From a virus (taxonomy: Duplodnaviria; Heunggongvirae; Uroviricota; Caudoviricetes): 32,093 bases of DNA. The notes under the pieces are model-generated. The model was not told the origin of the DNA. It made no database searches and saw only the letters and a list, made by a program, of their open reading frames with translations. A program made the position numbers and the translations under genes. Each line of letters starts with the position of its first letter. The first letter of the stretch is position 1. Below are positions 29,046-32,093 of the stretch, in pieces. The stretch is taken from IMG/VR virus record IMGVR_UViG_2698536480_000001, positions 1-32,093 of that record. The stretch is one strand, 5' to 3'.

Positions 29046-29137
29046 AATGCAAGCATTTTGTTTTAGTTTTATGCTTGCTTGTATGTGTGCACAGTGTATA
29101 TAATGCAAGCATAAATCACAACAAAGGTGCTTGCATT
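29046..29137 (+). promoter_or_regulatory. divergent promoter region with two about 35-bp palindromic operator-like modules
   Basis: AATGCAAGCAT (29046-29056) and inverted copy ATGCTTGCTT (29071-29080); AATGCAAGCAT (29102-29112) and inverted copy GTGCTTGCATT (29127-29137); -35 TTGCTT, 17-18 bp spacer, -10 TATAAT lie between the modules; the second module ends at the start codon of the downstream gene. Confidence 0.5.
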
Positions 29138-30106
29138 ATGACTGAAAAGAAAAGTGGCGAAGGGAAAGCTAAGGGCGGGATCGCTCGCGCAAAGTCGCTG
29201 ACTAAAGAGCAGCGTTCTGAAATAGCAAAGAAAGCAGCTGCTGCAAGATGGAAAAGTAAGATTCTCAGGGCAACTCATCGTGGTAACTTTTTAGATGATT
29301 TTGGCATTGATGCTGAATGTTATGTACTGGATGACGAGTCGAAAACTGTCGTTGTTACGAAAACTGGATTATCTCAGTTGCTAGGGATTGGTGAACATGC
29401 CAGGGATTTAGATCAACTGCTTGGCGCTCAGTATATGAGCAAATACCGAGATCTAGAATTGCAGCGAAAAATGGAAAATCCCTATAAATTTCAACTTACT
29501 TCGAAGTCTAAAACCGTTCATCAAGCGTTAGGTTATGACATTACAGCAATTGTTGATATTGGTAGGGCACTAATAGAAGCCAAAGATAATGACGATCTAC
29601 CACAATCACGGTTAAAGGCAGCCGCCGCAGCACAGAGACTTATTAATGCCTCCGCTAAGGCGGGAATTAAGGGGGTTGCGTATGCGCTTGCTGGTTATCG
29701 TCCAGAAGTTCAGGCTGTCATTGACGAGTTCAAAGCGTTTGTTCGTGAAGAGGCTCGTCAATATGAAAAGGAATTTCCAGATGAGCTATACGAGGAGTGG
29801 TATCGACTGTACGGCCTGAATAGGCCAGAGAAAGGACGGCCTATTCGTTTTGGGCAGCTAACCAACATGCAGATATACACCCCGCTAGCAAAGAGTAAAG
29901 GTAAAATCCTTGAACAGATTCGAGCCAGCCGAGACGAGAACGGAAAACAATCTGATAAGTTGCATCTGTTCCTTTCTGAAATTGGTGTCAAGGCTTTGCG
30001 TCAGCATATCGGTAAGCTTCTTGGGGTCGCAGCGATGAGTGAGACAAGAGAAGAATACGAAAAAGGAATAGAAAAGGTTTTTGGAAGAATGAAACCAGAA
30101 ATCTAA
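29138..30106 (+). CDS. hypothetical 322-aa protein with N-terminal basic helix (possible DNA/RNA-binding), immI-region accessory gene
   Basis: ATG at 29138; N-terminus KKSGEGKAKGGIARAKSLTKEQRSEIAKKAAAARWKSK is strongly basic; remainder mixed charge; followed by a bidirectional terminator shared with mnt. Confidence 0.75.
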   Translation: MTEKKSGEGKAKGGIARAKSLTKEQRSEIAKKAAAARWKSKILRATHRGNFLDDFGIDAECYVLDDESKTVVVTKTGLSQLLGIGEHARDLDQLLGAQYMSKYRDLELQRKMENPYKFQLTSKSKTVHQALGYDITAIVDIGRALIEAKDNDDLPQSRLKAAAAAQRLINASAKAGIKGVAYALAGYRPEVQAVIDEFKAFVREEARQYEKEFPDELYEEWYRLYGLNRPEKGRPIRFGQLTNMQIYTPLAKSKGKILEQIRASRDENGKQSDKLHLFLSEIGVKALRQHIGKLLGVAAMSETREEYEKGIEKVFGRMKPEI

Positions 30107-30110
30107 TTAT

Positions 30111-30137
30111 GAAACCCACCGTCAGGTGGGTTTTTTG
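30111..30137. terminator. bidirectional intrinsic terminator between the 322-aa gene and mnt
   Basis: AAACCCACC-GTCA-GGTGGGTTTTTT; A-run on one side and T-run on the other; the mnt stop codon lies in the loop. Confidence 0.7.
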
Positions 30138-30373
30138 TACAAATCCTTCAGCGTATCAAACACCATCTTCTTAACAAGTTCGGACTGCTCATCAGCGAGT
30201 CGTTCTGCATCGTCGCGATATCCAGTCACAGGCGATGGTTTTGATAGAGCATCTTGGACGATTTGTAACAACTCGGAGTTCATTGATCTCCCATTCGCCT
30301 CCGCCCTGAATTTTAATTTCTCCCTTACTTCCATAGGCATACGGAAGTTAAAGTGCGGATCATCTCTAGCCAT
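30122..30373 (-). CDS. mnt: Mnt repressor (ribbon-helix-helix, P22 immI)
   Basis: 83 aa, near-identical to P22 Mnt as recalled (MARDDPHFNFRMPMEVREKLKFRAEANGRSMNSELLQIVQDAL...). Confidence 0.92.
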   Translation of the reverse strand: MARDDPHFNFRMPMEVREKLKFRAEANGRSMNSELLQIVQDALSKPSPVTGYRDDAERLADEQSELVKKMVFDTLKDLYKKPT

Positions 30374-30395
30374 GCCATCACTCCAAGTTAGTGTA

Positions 30396-30448
30396 TTGAC
30401 ATGATAGAAGCACTCTACTATATTCTCAATAGGTCCACGGTGGACCTA
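30396..30448 (+). promoter_or_regulatory. Pant promoter with Arc operator and Mnt operator
   Basis: -35 TTGACA (30396-30401), -10 TATATT (30419-30424); Oarc ATGATAGAAGCACTCTACTAT (30401-30421); Omnt palindrome TAGGTCCACGGTGGACCTA (30430-30448). Confidence 0.8.
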
Positions 30449-30463
30449 TATTGTGAGGTGAAT

Positions 30464-30625
30464 ATGAAAGGAATGAGCAAGATGCCGCAGTTCAATTTGC
30501 GGTGGCCTAAAGAAGTATTGGATTTGGTACGCAAGGTGGCGGAAGAGAATGGTCGGTCTGTTAACTCTGAGATTTATCAGAGAGTAATGGAAAGCTTTAA
30601 GAAGGAAGGGCGCATTGGCGCGTAA
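30464..30625 (+). CDS. arc: Arc repressor (ribbon-helix-helix)
   Basis: 53 aa [53 protein letters not shown], matching P22 Arc apart from one conservative change. Confidence 0.92.
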   Translation: MKGMSKMPQFNLRWPKEVLDLVRKVAEENGRSVNSEIYQRVMESFKKEGRIGA

Positions 30626-30693
30626 AGTTGAAGCCCCAACTGCGGGAACAGTCAGGGCTTCGGTATCAACAAATCGGATTAGGAAATATTGAC

Positions 30694-31572
30694 ATGAAAA
30701 GTATAGCAAAGGCACAAAACGATTTCACCATCTTCAAATTCGGCGACAGTGAAATCCGCGTCATCAACAAATGCGGTGAGCCGTGGTTTGTAGCAAAAGA
30801 TGTTTGTGATGCTTTAACCCTGACTAACTCACGCAAGGCGCTTACTGCACTTGATGACGATGAAAAGGGAGTAACTTTAAGTTACACCCTTGGTGGTGAG
30901 CAGAATCTAAGCATTGTTAGCGAATCAGGTATGTATACATTGGTTCTGCGCTGCCGCGATGCTGTCAATAAAGGTTCGGTCCCGCACAAATTCCGCAAGT
31001 GGGTAACAGCAGAAGTTCTACCTTCAATTCGCAAACATGGCGAGTATGTGAAAGGCAAGAAAACCACTGTTGAGGAAAGAACGGCGCTACGCGATGCAGT
31101 AAACATGCTGGTAGGAAAGAAAGGACTTCGCTATGACGATGCATACAATATGGTTCATCAGCGTTTTGGTATTGACAGCATTGATGAACTTTCAATTGAA
31201 CAAATCCCGCTGGCCGTAGAGTACATCCACAGGGTAGTGCTTGAAGGCGAGTTTATCGGCAAACAAGAGAAGAAAGCAAACGAGCTTTCTGCAAAAGAAG
31301 CAAACAGCCTTGTATGGCTATGGGATTATGCTAACCGTTCACAGGCATTATTCTGCGAACTGTATCCGGCATTAAAACAAATTCAATCGAACTATTCCGG
31401 CAGATGCTACGACTACGGTCATGAATTCTCGTATGTTATCGGAATGGCGAGAGACGTTTTAATCAATCACGCACGAGATGTTGATATCAATGAGCCAGAC
31501 GGACCAACGAATCTTTCCGCATGGATGAGACTTAAGAATAAAGAATTACCTCCTTCAGTACATAACTACTGA
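30694..31572 (+). CDS. ant: antirepressor Ant
   Basis: 292 aa from the ATG at 30694 (SD AGGA; track start 30628 abuts the arc stop); N-terminal Bro-N/KilA-N-type domain ([14 protein letters not shown]); position downstream of arc as in P22. Confidence 0.85.
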   Translation: MKSIAKAQNDFTIFKFGDSEIRVINKCGEPWFVAKDVCDALTLTNSRKALTALDDDEKGVTLSYTLGGEQNLSIVSESGMYTLVLRCRDAVNKGSVPHKFRKWVTAEVLPSIRKHGEYVKGKKTTVEERTALRDAVNMLVGKKGLRYDDAYNMVHQRFGIDSIDELSIEQIPLAVEYIHRVVLEGEFIGKQEKKANELSAKEANSLVWLWDYANRSQALFCELYPALKQIQSNYSGRCYDYGHEFSYVIGMARDVLINHARDVDINEPDGPTNLSAWMRLKNKELPPSVHNY

Positions 31573-31589
31573 CAGATAACCAACGCGAC

Positions 31590-31614
31590 AACCCAGCTTC
31601 GGCTGGGTTTTTTT
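31590..31614 (+). terminator. intrinsic terminator after ant
   Basis: AACCCAGC-TTCG-GCTGGGTT followed by a T-run (TTTTTTT). Confidence 0.7.
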
Positions 31615-31672
31615 ATGCCCAAAATTCATCGTAGCCATGCTTCGGTGATTCCTTGTATCTGGAGCAAATTAA

Positions 31673-32093
31673 ATGACAGATTCAATAAATGCCAATGTTG
31701 TAGTGAGCATGCCTTCTCAACTCTTCACTATGGCGCGTTCTTTTAAAGCGGTTGCCAATGGCAAAATTTATATCGGTAAAATTGACACTGACCCTGTAAA
31801 TCCTGAAAACCAGATTCAGGTTTATGTGGAAAACGAAGACGGCTCTCACGTTTCTGTTGCACAGCCAATCATCATTAACGCTGCTGGATATCCGGTATAT
31901 AACGGACAGATTGCCAAGTTCGTAACTGTGCAAGGCCATTCTATGGCTGTATACGATGCGTGCGGTTCTCAGCAGTTCTATTTTCCGAATGTGCTGAAGT
32001 ATGACCCTGATCAGTTTGGTCCTGACTTCAAAGACCAGCTTGCTCAAGATGGCAGTTATATCAATGACGATACAATGAACCGCCCCGGGTTTC
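31673..32093 (+). CDS. tailspike protein, N-terminal head-binding domain (partial, runs off the window end)
   Basis: ATG at 31673 with SD GGAG; [37 protein letters not shown] and [12 protein letters not shown] match the conserved P22-family tailspike head-binding domain; sequence after about residue 115 differs from P22. Confidence 0.9.
   Translation, partial: MTDSINANVVVSMPSQLFTMARSFKAVANGKIYIGKIDTDPVNPENQIQVYVENEDGSHVSVAQPIIINAAGYPVYNGQIAKFVTVQGHSMAVYDACGSQQFYFPNVLKYDPDQFGPDFKDQLAQDGSYINDDTMNRPGF

Noticed and set aside
31682-32047. 121-aa ORF on the - strand
   Set aside because: Antisense to the tailspike N-terminal domain; spurious.
1-32093. Search for integrase, attachment site, IS elements or transposase
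   Set aside because: None found; the integration module presumably lies to the left of the window beyond recT.

Overview
The window is an almost complete mosaic lambdoid prophage, read on the + strand from the end of the early-left (recombination) operon to the start of the tailspike gene. Order: recT and small early-left genes (- strand); an N antiterminator ORF interrupted by an in-frame TAA; nutL, OL/pL; a membrane protein and the cI repressor (- strand); OR/PR, cro, nutR, cII; an O-type replication initiator with internal origin iterons plus a DnaB-type helicase; a nin region (ninB, ninE, ninF, ybcO-like, rusA, ninH) carrying an inserted Rha/KilA-C antirepressor-like gene; lambda-type Q, PR', holin S, endolysin R and spanins Rz/Rz1; then a P22/Sf6-type headful packaging and virion module (Rha, small and large terminase, portal, scaffold, coat, gp4, gp10, tail needle, gp14, ejection proteins gp7/gp20/gp16); an immI-type region (mnt, Omnt/Oarc, arc, ant); and the first 140 codons of the tailspike. 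No rRNA, tRNA, CRISPR array or IS element was found. The candidates for something undescribed are accessory genes at three positions: a two-gene cassette where P22 carries sieA, a membrane protein just downstream of cI, and an extra ORF between coat and gp4. All protein assignments come from reading the translations against remembered family sequences; no database search was run.
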